NCBI GenBank assembly: GCA_024401025.1
Contig: JAKSLV010000003.1
Span: 1,897-65,896 of the forward strand
DNA length: 64,000 bases
Direction of reading: 5' to 3'
Source of the DNA: Bacteroidales bacterium
GTDB taxonomy: Bacteria > Bacteroidota > Bacteroidia > Bacteroidales > UBA3824
A program made the position numbers and the translations under genes. This document shows, piece by piece, positions 1-9,611 of the stretch; position 1 is the stretch's first letter, and each line of letters begins with the position of its first letter. The notes beneath the pieces are model-generated. The model did no database searches. It was not told the origin of the DNA and saw only the letters and a program-made list of their open reading frames with translations.

Positions 1-193
1 GCTTGTGGGTGTACTGCGATATGTTGTCGAAACCGAACATACCGCCGCCGCCCTTAAGGGAGTGCATGATACGGAAAATGCTGTCCACCAGCTCGGGATT
101 CTCGGTGTCCTGCTCCAAAGTAAGCAGGGCCTGCTCCAGCTGGTTTACAAGGTCAGAGGCCTCCTCGAGGAATTTTTTCTGAAAATTATCCAT
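1..193 (-). CDS. cheA: Chemotaxis histidine kinase CheA, N-terminal Hpt domain (truncated by window edge)
   Basis: Not in the ORF track. Manual minus-strand translation from ATG at 193: MDNFQKKFLEEASDLVNQLEQALLTLEQDTENPELVDSIFRIMHSLKGGGGMFGF, the CheA P1 FR.MHSLKG motif; lies directly downstream of cheY. Confidence 0.9.
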   Translation of the reverse strand, partial: MDNFQKKFLEEASDLVNQLEQALLTLEQDTENPELVDSIFRIMHSLKGGGGMFGFDNISQYTHK

Positions 194-266
194 TTCTCTA
201 TCAGTTAATTAGAGGACTTTGCAGTCGCGTTAGTGTGGTTAGCTGGCAAGGTAGCCTGCGGCTCCG

Positions 267-632
267 TTATCTTATCACCTTGCTGATAGCTGCAAGCAGT
301 TTGGCAGGCACAAAAGGCTTAATGATCCAGCCAGTGGCGCCGGCGTCCTTTGCCTCGAGTTTCTTTGATAGCTGCGACTCGGTGGTAAGGAACAGGATAG
401 GCACCCTGCTGTATCCGGCAGTAGCTCTGATGTACTTTATGAGCTCTATGCCGTCCATCTCGGGCATGTGGAGGTCGGTGATCACCAGATCTATGCTGCG
501 ACCATCCAGGAATGTGGTGGCCTCCTTGCCGTTGCCAGCTGCAAATACTTCGAAACCAGCATTCTGCAATGTAAAATTAACCACCTCGCGGATGCTTTCA
601 GAATCGTCTACTATAAGTATTGTCTTTGCCAT
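267..632 (-). CDS. cheY: Single-domain response regulator CheY
   Basis: ILIVDDS...ITDLHMPEMDG...LTTES...GWIIKPF receiver motifs; adjacent to cheA. Confidence 0.9.
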   Translation of the reverse strand: MAKTILIVDDSESIREVVNFTLQNAGFEVFAAGNGKEATTFLDGRSIDLVITDLHMPEMDGIELIKYIRATAGYSRVPILFLTTESQLSKKLEAKDAGATGWIIKPFVPAKLLAAISKVIR

Positions 633-706
633 TTAGTTATATTGTTATTTGGTGTAAAATTCTTTTCCGGTATGTATGTTTATTTTTGTTATCGTAGCCC
701 TGATGC

Positions 707-1030
707 CTACGCCTCAAACGAGAGGGCCGCTGCCAGATCGCTGATGCCGCAGTTTTGGAGCAGCTGCTGCACCTCTGGCGTGATGTCGCAGGATACGGCA
801 ATCTTCTTCTTGTCGCGCACAAAACTGTTGCGCAGCGACATGAAGAACTGGAATGCAGCCACGTCGAAATCGGTGATGCCAGTAAGGGAGATGGCAAGCT
901 CGTCGCACTCGGCCACGCAGTCCTTCATGGCGTCCACCAGCGATTCTATGTTCTGTATCGACACGTCGCCTGATACCTCGTACTCGCGGTAGCGCCTGCC
1001 GGGATCGTCTATCTTTAGTCTAAATTCCAT
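707..1030 (-). CDS. STAS-domain (anti-sigma antagonist-like) protein of the che cluster
   Basis: 107 aa, GDVSIQNI...LTGITDFDVAAFQ pattern; STAS-cheY-cheA order. Confidence 0.75.
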   Translation of the reverse strand: MEFRLKIDDPGRRYREYEVSGDVSIQNIESLVDAMKDCVAECDELAISLTGITDFDVAAFQFFMSLRNSFVRDKKKIAVSCDITPEVQQLLQNCGISDLAAALSFEA

Positions 1031-1295
1031 AATGATAGTGATATAAATGTGTTCAGCATGCCCATCACGGACCCTGCTGACGTCTTATAGTGCATTTATT
1101 ATGCCACAAATATACAAATTATTTTTTTTGTTTTCCAAAAAAAATGCAGCGGCATGCAAAAAAATATGCAATGGGAGTTAAAAAAATTGTTATTTAAGTT
1201 TCGGCAAATATAATTTTTTTTATACATTTGTAAAATTTTAAAATCAGCAATGCTTTTGCAGGCTACAAAAACTGAAACAAAGCAAACTAAAAGCG

Positions 1296-2252
1296 ATGTC
1301 GGACGGAAACTACATATTAAACCAGGAAACCCTGACGTACGAGAAAAAGGACCCGAAGAAGGGCCGCAAGCTACTGATAGCCATACTGATGCAGGTGTTG
1401 GCTGCCGTGGTGATAGGCGCGGTGGTTTTTCTGGCCATATCGTACACCATAAAGACTCCGCGTCAGAAGAAGCTGGAGCGCGAGAACGCGGCAATGCAGC
1501 AGGAGCTGGATGTGCTGGCCGACAAGTACACAAAGGTGGATTCGGTGCTCAACGACATCAAGCAGCGCGACAGGGACCTCTACAGGGCCATCTTCGAGAC
1601 CGAGATGACCGACTGGGAGGGCAGCAACGGATCGCAGGAGAGGTTTGGCCTGATAACGGAGGATGCCGACCTGGCCGACACCGTGCGCAGGATAACGGAG
1701 CGTCAGCAGCAGAAGCTTACATCGGAGGAGGCCGCATTCAACGAGCTTAAATACAAGCTTACCAACTACAAGGAGAACCTGACGGAGATTCCGTCGATAC
1801 TCCCGATATCAGACCCCAAGGTGGAGCTGGGCTACTATGGATTCGGCAAGAAGCTGGACCCCATTTACAAGACTCCCGAAACCCACGAGGGCCTCGACAT
1901 AGCGGCAAGCACGGGCACCGAGGTGATGGCAACGGCCAACGGCATTGTGGAGTACATCGGCGACAAGCAGAAGTACGGAAAACACATAGTGATAAACCAC
2001 AAGAACGGTTACAAGACCATCTACGCCCACCTGAGCGGCTACACGGCACGCATAGGACAGAGGGTGAGACGCGGCGAGGTGATAGGTTTTGTGGGCAACA
2101 CCGGAAAATCGCTTACCCCTCACCTGCATTACGAGATTCAGTACAAGGGGCAGGCCATCAACCCAACCACTCACACTTTTGGATCGCTGAAGCCCGAGCA
2201 GTGGCAGAAGCTGAATGTTACATCCAAGAGCATAGGACTAAGCCTCGACTAG
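1296..2252 (+). CDS. M23 family metallopeptidase
   Basis: N-terminal TM helix, coiled coil, HEGLD / YAHLS / HLHYE zinc motifs. Confidence 0.9.
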   Translation: MSDGNYILNQETLTYEKKDPKKGRKLLIAILMQVLAAVVIGAVVFLAISYTIKTPRQKKLERENAAMQQELDVLADKYTKVDSVLNDIKQRDRDLYRAIFETEMTDWEGSNGSQERFGLITEDADLADTVRRITERQQQKLTSEEAAFNELKYKLTNYKENLTEIPSILPISDPKVELGYYGFGKKLDPIYKTPETHEGLDIAASTGTEVMATANGIVEYIGDKQKYGKHIVINHKNGYKTIYAHLSGYTARIGQRVRRGEVIGFVGNTGKSLTPHLHYEIQYKGQAINPTTHTFGSLKPEQWQKLNVTSKSIGLSLD

Positions 2253-2360
2253 AAACGGCAGCATCAGCCCGGTGAAAAAAACGGCAGCATCAGGGCCGGT
2301 GAAAAAACGGCAGCATCAGCCCGATGAAAAAAAAGCAGCATCAGGGCCCGATGGAAAAAA
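2253..2360 (+). repeat. Four imperfect ~27 bp tandem repeats (A-tract, GCAGCATCAG, GC-rich tail)
   Basis: acggcagcatcagcccggtgaaaaaa-like unit repeated 4 times immediately after the M23 stop. Confidence 0.9.
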
Positions 2361-2413
2361 CAGACACAGAAAAACAAAAAAACATACAAACGAAACTGTA
2401 AGCAGACAACAAT

Positions 2414-2845
2414 ATGGAAAATCAGAATCAGGAACCACAGGAAGCACCGGAGATGAGCGACGGCAGCAAGGTAATATCCGACGAGGAAATAAAAAACCTC
2501 GACAAGCTCTATTATTCCATAGGCGAGGTGGCCAAGATGTTCGACGCCAACGCATCGCAGATAAGATACTGGGAAAAGGAGTTTCAGATAATAAAGCCCA
2601 AGAAAAACAACAAGGGCAACAGGCAGTTTACCAAGAAAGACATCGAGAACATCAAGAAGATTCATTTCCTGGTGAAGGACCGCGGCATGACCCTGGAGGG
2701 CGCCAAGAAGCACCTGAAATCGCACACCCAGGAAGACGGCGTGGCCAATTTTGAGGTGATAAAGATTCTCCAGGACATGAAGAAGAAGCTTCTGGAGATG
2801 AAGGAGGCCCTCGACGTGGTGCCAGAGGACATGCTGAGGGACTAG
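2414..2845 (+). CDS. MerR family transcriptional regulator
   Basis: KLYYSIGEVAKMF...IRYWEKEF...GNRQFT MerR HTH. Confidence 0.9.
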   Translation: MENQNQEPQEAPEMSDGSKVISDEEIKNLDKLYYSIGEVAKMFDANASQIRYWEKEFQIIKPKKNNKGNRQFTKKDIENIKKIHFLVKDRGMTLEGAKKHLKSHTQEDGVANFEVIKILQDMKKKLLEMKEALDVVPEDMLRD

Positions 2846-2933
2846 ACACCTGCCGCACCATAAAGGCAAGCCGCCTATGAGAGGGCGGCCCAGGATACAG
2901 ACACACCTATTATTTATATAAAACTTTTGATAT

Positions 2934-3524
2934 ATGAGCACAAGGAATCCGGCGATGGAGCTCGACAAGAATTTCATGCACAACGTGCTGTCGCTCTACG
3001 ACGAGCTGATAGACAATGGCATCTCCGTGGTGTACATCGGCAAGTTTACCCACCAGGTGGTGAAGATGTTTACCGAGAAAAACGAGGAGGAGATGGAGCA
3101 GAGCAACGAGGAGAAGCAGGTGAAACGCCGCGTACACCACTCGCTGGTGGAGATACTCCAGAACATGCAGAAGCACAGCACTGAGTTCCAGACCGAATTC
3201 AGCTTCATAAACGGCCTGTTCATGATAGGCCGCAAGGAAGGCATTTATTATATAATGACCGCCAACAAGGTGACCAAGCAAGACATCGCCCACCTTACCC
3301 AGGCCCTGGAATGCGTGAACAACGCCACCAAGGAGGAGCTGAACGCCATGTACAAGAAACAGCTGAAGGAGGGCACCATATCCAGCAAGGGCGGCGCCGG
3401 ACTGGGCCTAATCGACATTGCCCGCAAGACCGACGGCAAGCTGGAATACCTCTTTATTCCCGTAAACGGCACCGACTATTTTGTGCTTAAGGTGGAGATA
3501 TCGGGCCAGATGGCCGAGGAATAG
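2934..3524 (+). CDS. SiaB-family protein kinase (GHKL-like)
   Basis: VEILQNMQKH N-box and KGGAGLGLIDIARK G-box. Confidence 0.75.
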   Translation: MSTRNPAMELDKNFMHNVLSLYDELIDNGISVVYIGKFTHQVVKMFTEKNEEEMEQSNEEKQVKRRVHHSLVEILQNMQKHSTEFQTEFSFINGLFMIGRKEGIYYIMTANKVTKQDIAHLTQALECVNNATKEELNAMYKKQLKEGTISSKGGAGLGLIDIARKTDGKLEYLFIPVNGTDYFVLKVEISGQMAEE

Positions 3525-3600
3525 TACACAATTATTTAATATTGACATTCCGACAAAATTGTTTATATTTGCACCGGGATAATAATATACTCTTGACATT

Positions 3601-3828
3601 ATGGAGAAAGAATTGTACACCGTATATAGCGGACTGGCGATAGACGTAAGCATGGTGAAGAAACACCTGGAGAAAAACGGAGTGAGATGCTACGCCGAAA
3701 ACCACAAGGACTCCGGCACCGAGAGCGAGTGGTCGGTTCCCGGGTTTGACCCATGCCTGTACCTGAAGGTAGAGAAAGACATGGTGGAGAAGGCCGTGGG
3801 TCTTATCGAGAAATATATGAAAGAATAA
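3601..3828 (+). CDS. Small DUF2007-like putative signal-transducing protein
   Basis: 75 aa, MVKKHLEKNGVRC...LKVEKDMVEKAVGLI pattern; TATATTTG promoter element near 3564. Confidence 0.55.
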   Translation: MEKELYTVYSGLAIDVSMVKKHLEKNGVRCYAENHKDSGTESEWSVPGFDPCLYLKVEKDMVEKAVGLIEKYMKE

Positions 3829-3902
3829 GGTCGAGGGTCCTGTTATTCTATTTACTAACATAAAAATTTTTTAGGTATATAATCCTTTTGTGAAAAAGCA
3901 TT

Positions 3903-5210
3903 ATGAGCAACATTGTAGCAATTGTAGGATGTCCGAACGTGGGCAAGTCTACACTATTCAACAGGCTTACCCAGACCAGGGAGGCCATCGTACACGAAAC
4001 CGCAGGCGTAACCCGTGACCGCCACTATGGAAAGTCGGACTGGAACGGCAAGGAGTTTTCCGTGATAGACACCGGCGGATACGTGAACAATTCCGACGAT
4101 ATTTTCGAGAACGAGATACAGAAACAGGTGATGCTGGCCATCGACGAGGCCGACGTTATCTTATTCCTGGTGGACGCTCAGCTTGGCGTTACCGCCGGCG
4201 ACGAGGTTATCACCGAGATACTGCGCCGCACCAACAAGCCGGTTTTCCTGGCCGTAAACAAGGCCGACACCCCCACCCTCCACATGGAGAGCAGCGCTTT
4301 CTATGCCCTGGGCATGGGCGAGGTGTACTCTATATGCGCCAACACCGGAACAGGCACCGGCGAGCTGCTGGACGCCATAACAGCCGAGTTTAAGGAAGAC
4401 GCCGTGGTGGACGACGAGGGCATTCCAAAGATTGCCGTGGTGGGCCGCCCTAATGTGGGAAAGAGCTCGCTGATAAACGCCCTTACCGGCACCGAGCGCA
4501 ACATCGTTACCCCGATAGCGGGCACTACTCGCGACACCGTGAACACCAGATACAACAAGTTTGGCCACGATTTTATCCTTGTGGATACCGCAGGCCTCAG
4601 GAAAAAAGGCAAGGTGACCGAGAACATCGAGTTCTACTCTACCCTGAGATCGGTGCGCGCCATAGAGGAGGCTGATGTCTGCATCCTGATGCTGGACGCC
4701 ACACAGGGCATTGAGAGCCAGGATATGAACGTGTTCCGCCTGATAAAGGAGAACAACAAGGGCCTGGTGGTATGTGTTAACAAGTGGGACCTCATGGACA
4801 AGAGCGAGAACAACTCCACCCTCCACTACGAGGAGTACGTGAAGAAGGAGCTGGCTCCGTTCAGCGACATTCCCGTGGTTTTCACATCCACGGTATCCAA
4901 GCAGCGCATCCTTAAGGCCATGGAGGAGGCCGTGCACGTATACGAGAACCGCACACGCAAGATATCCACCAACAAGCTCAACACCCTGATACAGCAGTAT
5001 GTGGAGGAGACTCCGCCACCAGCATACAAGGGCAAGTTCATAAAGATAAAGTACGCCACACAGCTGCCTACTTATTATCCAACATTCGCGCTTTTCTGCA
5101 ATCTGCCCCAGTATATCCGCGACCCATACCGCAGATATCTTGAGAACAGACTTAGAAAAGATTTCGACTTCTGCGGCGTGCCAATGAAGATTTTCTTCCG
5201 TAAAAAGTAA
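3903..5210 (+). CDS. der: Ribosome biogenesis GTPase Der (EngA)
   Basis: Two G domains (GCPNVGKS/DTGG/NKAD and GRPNVGKS/DTAG/NKWD) plus KH-like C-terminus. Confidence 0.97.
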   Translation: MSNIVAIVGCPNVGKSTLFNRLTQTREAIVHETAGVTRDRHYGKSDWNGKEFSVIDTGGYVNNSDDIFENEIQKQVMLAIDEADVILFLVDAQLGVTAGDEVITEILRRTNKPVFLAVNKADTPTLHMESSAFYALGMGEVYSICANTGTGTGELLDAITAEFKEDAVVDDEGIPKIAVVGRPNVGKSSLINALTGTERNIVTPIAGTTRDTVNTRYNKFGHDFILVDTAGLRKKGKVTENIEFYSTLRSVRAIEEADVCILMLDATQGIESQDMNVFRLIKENNKGLVVCVNKWDLMDKSENNSTLHYEEYVKKELAPFSDIPVVFTSTVSKQRILKAMEEAVHVYENRTRKISTNKLNTLIQQYVEETPPPAYKGKFIKIKYATQLPTYYPTFALFCNLPQYIRDPYRRYLENRLRKDFDFCGVPMKIFFRKK

Positions 5211-5218
5211 GGTAATAT

Positions 5219-5821
5219 ATGAGAAAACTATTAATCGCGCTTTCGGTGGCCATCATCATAGGCGCCATCTCGTGCGACGAGATCGAGACCTACGACCCGA
5301 TGCCCAGGGTAGAGTTTACCAAGGTGTATCTGGCTGATACTCTGGACGAGCTGCAAAACGAGGTGAAGCTTCAGCGCATACATCTGGAGGTGATAGACGG
5401 CGACGGCAATCTGGGGCTGAACCGAGATGACAACAAGGGCCAGTTCGACCCCGACAGCATCGGATACAACAACCTGTTTATCACGGTGTTCCACAAGACC
5501 AAGGACGGCAGCTATCAGGAGCTTACCGAGATATCCGACAACATGCGCTACCGTATCCCATACAAGGAGCCCATAGGCCAAAACCAGTATATGAAGGCCG
5601 AGATAATAGTGAAGGTGGAGGTGCCGCTGGCCGCTCTCGACTATGACACCATCCGCTACGAGTTCTTCGTGTTTGACCGCAAAATGAACAAGAGCAACGT
5701 GGCCACAAGCTGCGACATACCCGCGCGCCGCCACGGCACTGTGTTTGCCGACGGACACACATCGTTCGTAAAGGAGGAGACGGATAGCGACGAGGATGCT
5801 GACAATAAAGAAAAACAATAA
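5219..5821 (+). CDS. Hypothetical lipoprotein
   Basis: Lipobox AISC; DGDGNLG motif; 8 bp after der. Confidence 0.7.
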   Translation: MRKLLIALSVAIIIGAISCDEIETYDPMPRVEFTKVYLADTLDELQNEVKLQRIHLEVIDGDGNLGLNRDDNKGQFDPDSIGYNNLFITVFHKTKDGSYQELTEISDNMRYRIPYKEPIGQNQYMKAEIIVKVEVPLAALDYDTIRYEFFVFDRKMNKSNVATSCDIPARRHGTVFADGHTSFVKEETDSDEDADNKEKQ

Positions 5822-5859
5822 ACATAAATAAACTTATTCATTAACAATATTATAGCAAA

Positions 5860-7515
5860 ATGAAGAAAAGTCCTTTGCAAATTGCCCGCGCTGCGTATCA
5901 GCCTAAGATGCCAGCATCTATCCAGGGCGCTACAAAGTTGGTAGAAGGCAAGGCTACAGTATCTGTTGCCGACCAGGCCGAGATCGAGAAGCTCTTCCCC
6001 AACACATACGGCTTGCCAATCGTAACATTCGAGAAGGCTCAGGCCGCAATGGAGGCCAAGGCCATCAACGTTGGTGTAATCCTCTCGGGCGGTCAGGCTC
6101 CTGGCGGACACAACGTAATCTCTGGTATCTATGACGGTATCAAGTCTATCAACAAGAACAGCAAGCTCTATGGCTTCCTCGGCGGCCCTTCTGGCCTCGT
6201 AGACCACAAGTACATGGAGATCACCGACGAGATCATGGACGAGTACCGCAACACCGGCGGTTTCGACATCATCGGCTCTGGCCGTACCAAGCTTGAGGAG
6301 ACCGAGCAGTTCGACAAGGGTATCGAGATTTGCAAGCAGCTGAACATCAACGCCGTAGTTATCATCGGCGGCGACGACTCTAATACCAACGCTTGTGTAC
6401 TGGCCGAGTACTACAAGGCCAAGAACACCGGCATCCAGGTAATCGGCTGTCCAAAGACCATCGACGGCGACCTCAAGAACGAGATGATCGAGACTTCTTT
6501 CGGTTTCGATACAGCCACAAAGGTATACGCCGAGGTAATCGGTAACATCGAGCGCGACGCCAACTCTGCCAAGAAGTACTGGCACTTCATCAAGCTGATG
6601 GGCCGTTCTGCATCGCACGTTACACTGGAGGCTGCCCTGAAGACTCAGCCAAACATCACCCTCATCGGTGAGGAGGTAGAGGCCAAGAACCAGACTCTCG
6701 ACGACGTGGTTACATACATCGCCAACGCCGTTAAGGCCCGTGCCGACAAGGGTTTGAACTTCGGTATCGTACTCGTTCCAGAGGGACTTATCGAGTTTAT
6801 CCCAGCCATCAAGAAGCTTATCGCCGAGCTCAACGACATGCTGGCCGCCAATCAGGCCGAGTTCGACACCATCGCAGCTGACGAGAAGATCAACTACGTG
6901 GTATCCAAGCTCTCTGCCGAGAATGCAGCCCTCTTCAAGAGCCTGCCAGCATCGGTTTCTACACAGCTCGCCCTCGAGCGTGACCCTCACGGCAATGTTC
7001 AGGTTTCACTCATCGAGACCGAGCAGCTCCTGGCCGAGATGGTTGCAAAGAAGCTGGCTGCCTGGAAGAAGGAAGGCAAGTTCAACGGCAAGTTTGCTAC
7101 TCAGCACCACTTCTTCGGTTACGAGGGTCGCTGCGCAGCTCCATCCAACTTCGACGCTGACTACTGCTACTCTCTTGGCCGCGTAGCCGCATTGCTGATC
7201 TCTTCTGGCAAGACCGGTTACATGTCGTCGGTACGCAACACTACCGAGCCTGCCGACAAGTGGCTTGCAGGTGGTATTCCTATCACAGCCATGATGAACA
7301 TGGAGAAGCGCAACGGCAAGATGAAGCCTGTTATCCAGAAGGCTCTCGTAAAGCTGGACGGCGCTCCATTCCAGTACTTCTGCTCTAAGAGAGAGGAGTG
7401 GGCCATCGAGACAGCATACGTATACCCAGGCCCAATCCAGTACTTTGGACCAGCCGAGGTAGCCGACATCACCACTCTCACCATCCAGCTGGAGCACGGC
7501 AAGAAGGTGGAGTAG
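5860..7515 (+). CDS. pfp: Pyrophosphate-dependent phosphofructokinase
   Basis: SGGQAPGGHN, GGDDSNT (PPi-type), PKTIDGD, MGRSASH motifs. Confidence 0.95.
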   Translation: MKKSPLQIARAAYQPKMPASIQGATKLVEGKATVSVADQAEIEKLFPNTYGLPIVTFEKAQAAMEAKAINVGVILSGGQAPGGHNVISGIYDGIKSINKNSKLYGFLGGPSGLVDHKYMEITDEIMDEYRNTGGFDIIGSGRTKLEETEQFDKGIEICKQLNINAVVIIGGDDSNTNACVLAEYYKAKNTGIQVIGCPKTIDGDLKNEMIETSFGFDTATKVYAEVIGNIERDANSAKKYWHFIKLMGRSASHVTLEAALKTQPNITLIGEEVEAKNQTLDDVVTYIANAVKARADKGLNFGIVLVPEGLIEFIPAIKKLIAELNDMLAANQAEFDTIAADEKINYVVSKLSAENAALFKSLPASVSTQLALERDPHGNVQVSLIETEQLLAEMVAKKLAAWKKEGKFNGKFATQHHFFGYEGRCAAPSNFDADYCYSLGRVAALLISSGKTGYMSSVRNTTEPADKWLAGGIPITAMMNMEKRNGKMKPVIQKALVKLDGAPFQYFCSKREEWAIETAYVYPGPIQYFGPAEVADITTLTIQLEHGKKVE

Positions 7516-7549
7516 TATTCTGATGCTACACTAAAAAATTCGATATTTT

Positions 7550-7585
7550 GCGCTGTCGGACCCCAAATCCGGCAGCGTTTTTTTT
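7550..7585 (+). terminator. Intrinsic terminator of pfp
   Basis: gcgctgtcgga / tccggcagcgt stem followed by T-tract. Confidence 0.8.
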
Positions 7586-7693
7586 ATAGCAGCATCAGGG
7601 AACTGACACTGCCCCAACATCAGGAGCAACTACCTATGCTACAACACATTACCACCCACACACCTACAAAACAGAGTGATTAAAAATACAAAA

Positions 7694-7742
7694 ATCCACC
7701 ATAAAAAGGGCTATATCCACCACGAAAACCTAATTATCCACC
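7694..7742 (+). promoter_or_regulatory. Three ATCCACC direct repeats at 21 bp period; probable HTCS binding site
   Basis: ATCCACC at 7694, 7715, 7736; the same motif recurs at three other PUL promoters. Confidence 0.75.
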
Positions 7743-7818
7743 CAAGGCAATTGCTTTTGCTATACCTTAGCGGTTGCTAATAAAACAAATCAAATACTAT
7801 TATTAAAAGCAATTAAGT

Positions 7819-9495
7819 ATGAAACGATTTATGAACAAAACGCTGCTTGGTCTCCTGGGATTGGGATTGGCAGCATCAGGTTTGGTAGGATGTTACGAGG
7901 GCGAGATATACGACGCCGGTGCTCCAGACGACCTCCAGCAGAAGATAGATTCGATAGCCGCAGCCAAGCAGCAGGCGGCAGCAGGCCAGGGCGACACCAC
8001 CATGGTGGATATCACCAAAGATGCCGTGGGAGCCAAGGATTTCAGCCTGGGATGGAATCAGGATTGGTCGCAGCTGTTCGAGATTCCGGTGGGCAAGGCT
8101 TTCGTAGTAGAGTTCAAGAACTACTCGCCTGTAAAGGAAAACTGGAACAACTGGAACTGGTGCCTTACATCAAACGCAGAGGCAAAGTCTACCGACGACG
8201 AGCACTATTTTATCATGAGGTCTGATGCCTACGCCGTGGATCAGGGCGACGCCATCTGGGGCGATAGAAACTACGGCAACGACGAGTGCCCATGGGAAGA
8301 ATGGAAAACCTACATGGACAAGGCCGACGTTAAGCTTATAGTGGACCACGCCATCGACGGCATCACATACATCAGGGCAGAGCAGACGGGCAACAACGGC
8401 ACTATGTACTGGGAGGAGCTCCGCCACGAGAAAACTCCTAACAACGCCTCGGTATACGGATTCCTTGTATGCGACGCCAGCTACATGGAGATAAGCTCGG
8501 CCTATATGATTCCATCGGAGAAGGCTCCAGCCGTAGACCAGCCCGCAACCAAGCTCGAGATCGTCGGCGCGATATCAGCAGTGGAGATTGGCGAGACAGA
8601 TTTCTGGAAAGACGCCAAGGCCATAGTGACATTCGAGGACGGCACCACAGCTGAGGCTGATACTGCCGACATCACCTTCACCATCATTCCCGACATGTCT
8701 ACCATCGGTACCAAGACCGTAGTGGCAGCCTACAGCAAGACAAAGCAGGGCGCCTTCGGACAGGCAGTGGCAGCCACATATCAGTTTGAGGTAACCAACG
8801 CCGTAAAATCGATAAAGGCTACATACAAGGGCGGCAAGCTCTACTATGCCGAGAACGACATCCTGATATCCAACAAGCTGTTTGCCGTAGAGGCCACATA
8901 CTCTGATGGCGGCACTGGCACACTGGCAGAGAGCAGCTACACCGCAATACTTACAAAGGATGGCAAGGTGATAGTAAAGTACAGCGATCAAGTATCTACA
9001 GAGGTGGCAGTAGAGACCGAGAAGGGTACTTCTGAGGCCGGCCTTACCGACAGATCTTCTTCATGGGTTGCCACCGGCTTCGGCAAGGTGGAGCCAGGCA
9101 AGACAGTAACAGCCAAGGTATTCTGCTACAGCCGCGGCATCAACAACTGGGACGGCATCCTTCCAGAGCTTACCTACACCAAGGAAGACGGCGGCACAGG
9201 ATGGTACTGCACAGTACGTGTCGACAACTACGGCTGGGGCGATACCTACATCAACGAGGATCAGTACAAGGATTGCACAATCCTCTGGGATACATTCCTG
9301 AGCGACCTCTACAACGGTATCGACTACACAGTATCGGTAACCAACAATGGCGACGGCACAGCCCTCATCGCAATGTCGTTTGCACAGAGCGATGGCGAGC
9401 TCCACAAGATGAACTACACCATCACAGGCATCCACAAGGACGACTGCGTGTTCGACATCACAATTGACGGTGCATACGCCGTATTCCACAACTAA
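7819..9495 (+). CDS. Surface lipoprotein with Ig-like domains; candidate surface glycan-binding protein
   Basis: Lipobox LVGC; central VTFEDGT and ATYSDG Ig-like repeats; Trp-rich N- and C-terminal domains; shares the PUL promoter motif. Confidence 0.6.
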   Translation: MKRFMNKTLLGLLGLGLAASGLVGCYEGEIYDAGAPDDLQQKIDSIAAAKQQAAAGQGDTTMVDITKDAVGAKDFSLGWNQDWSQLFEIPVGKAFVVEFKNYSPVKENWNNWNWCLTSNAEAKSTDDEHYFIMRSDAYAVDQGDAIWGDRNYGNDECPWEEWKTYMDKADVKLIVDHAIDGITYIRAEQTGNNGTMYWEELRHEKTPNNASVYGFLVCDASYMEISSAYMIPSEKAPAVDQPATKLEIVGAISAVEIGETDFWKDAKAIVTFEDGTTAEADTADITFTIIPDMSTIGTKTVVAAYSKTKQGAFGQAVAATYQFEVTNAVKSIKATYKGGKLYYAENDILISNKLFAVEATYSDGGTGTLAESSYTAILTKDGKVIVKYSDQVSTEVAVETEKGTSEAGLTDRSSSWVATGFGKVEPGKTVTAKVFCYSRGINNWDGILPELTYTKEDGGTGWYCTVRVDNYGWGDTYINEDQYKDCTILWDTFLSDLYNGIDYTVSVTNNGDGTALIAMSFAQSDGELHKMNYTITGIHKDDCVFDITIDGAYAVFHN

Positions 9496-9531
9496 GCGGA
9501 ATAAATCATAGCGAAATAAACATAAACTGAC

Positions 9532-9573
9532 AAATCCCGTATTGCCGTAAATATTGGCAATACGGGATTTTTA
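9532..9573 (+). terminator. Perfect 15 bp hairpin (terminator and/or transposase-flanking palindrome)
   Basis: aaatcccgtattgcc / ggcaatacgggattt. Confidence 0.75.
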
Positions 9574-9611
9574 TTTGGAATAATGCCGATAATTGAATAT
9601 ATTTGCGCATT

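Noticed and set aside
2253-2360. Possible mini CRISPR array
   Set aside because: Units are contiguous ~27 bp repeats without unique spacers, and there are no cas genes in the window
2272-2754. 160 aa ORF beginning in the 27 bp repeat
   Set aside because: Out-of-frame overlap with the MerR gene; N-terminus is just translated repeat
3903-3960. Der first P-loop reads GCPNVGKS rather than GRPNVGKS
   Set aside because: Single substitution at a variable position of GxxxxGKS; could be a polymorphism or a sequencing error
5656-6990. 444 aa minus-strand ORF
   Set aside because: Antisense shadow of pfp caused by codon bias; same for 12828..14012, 27418..28374 and 36429..37604
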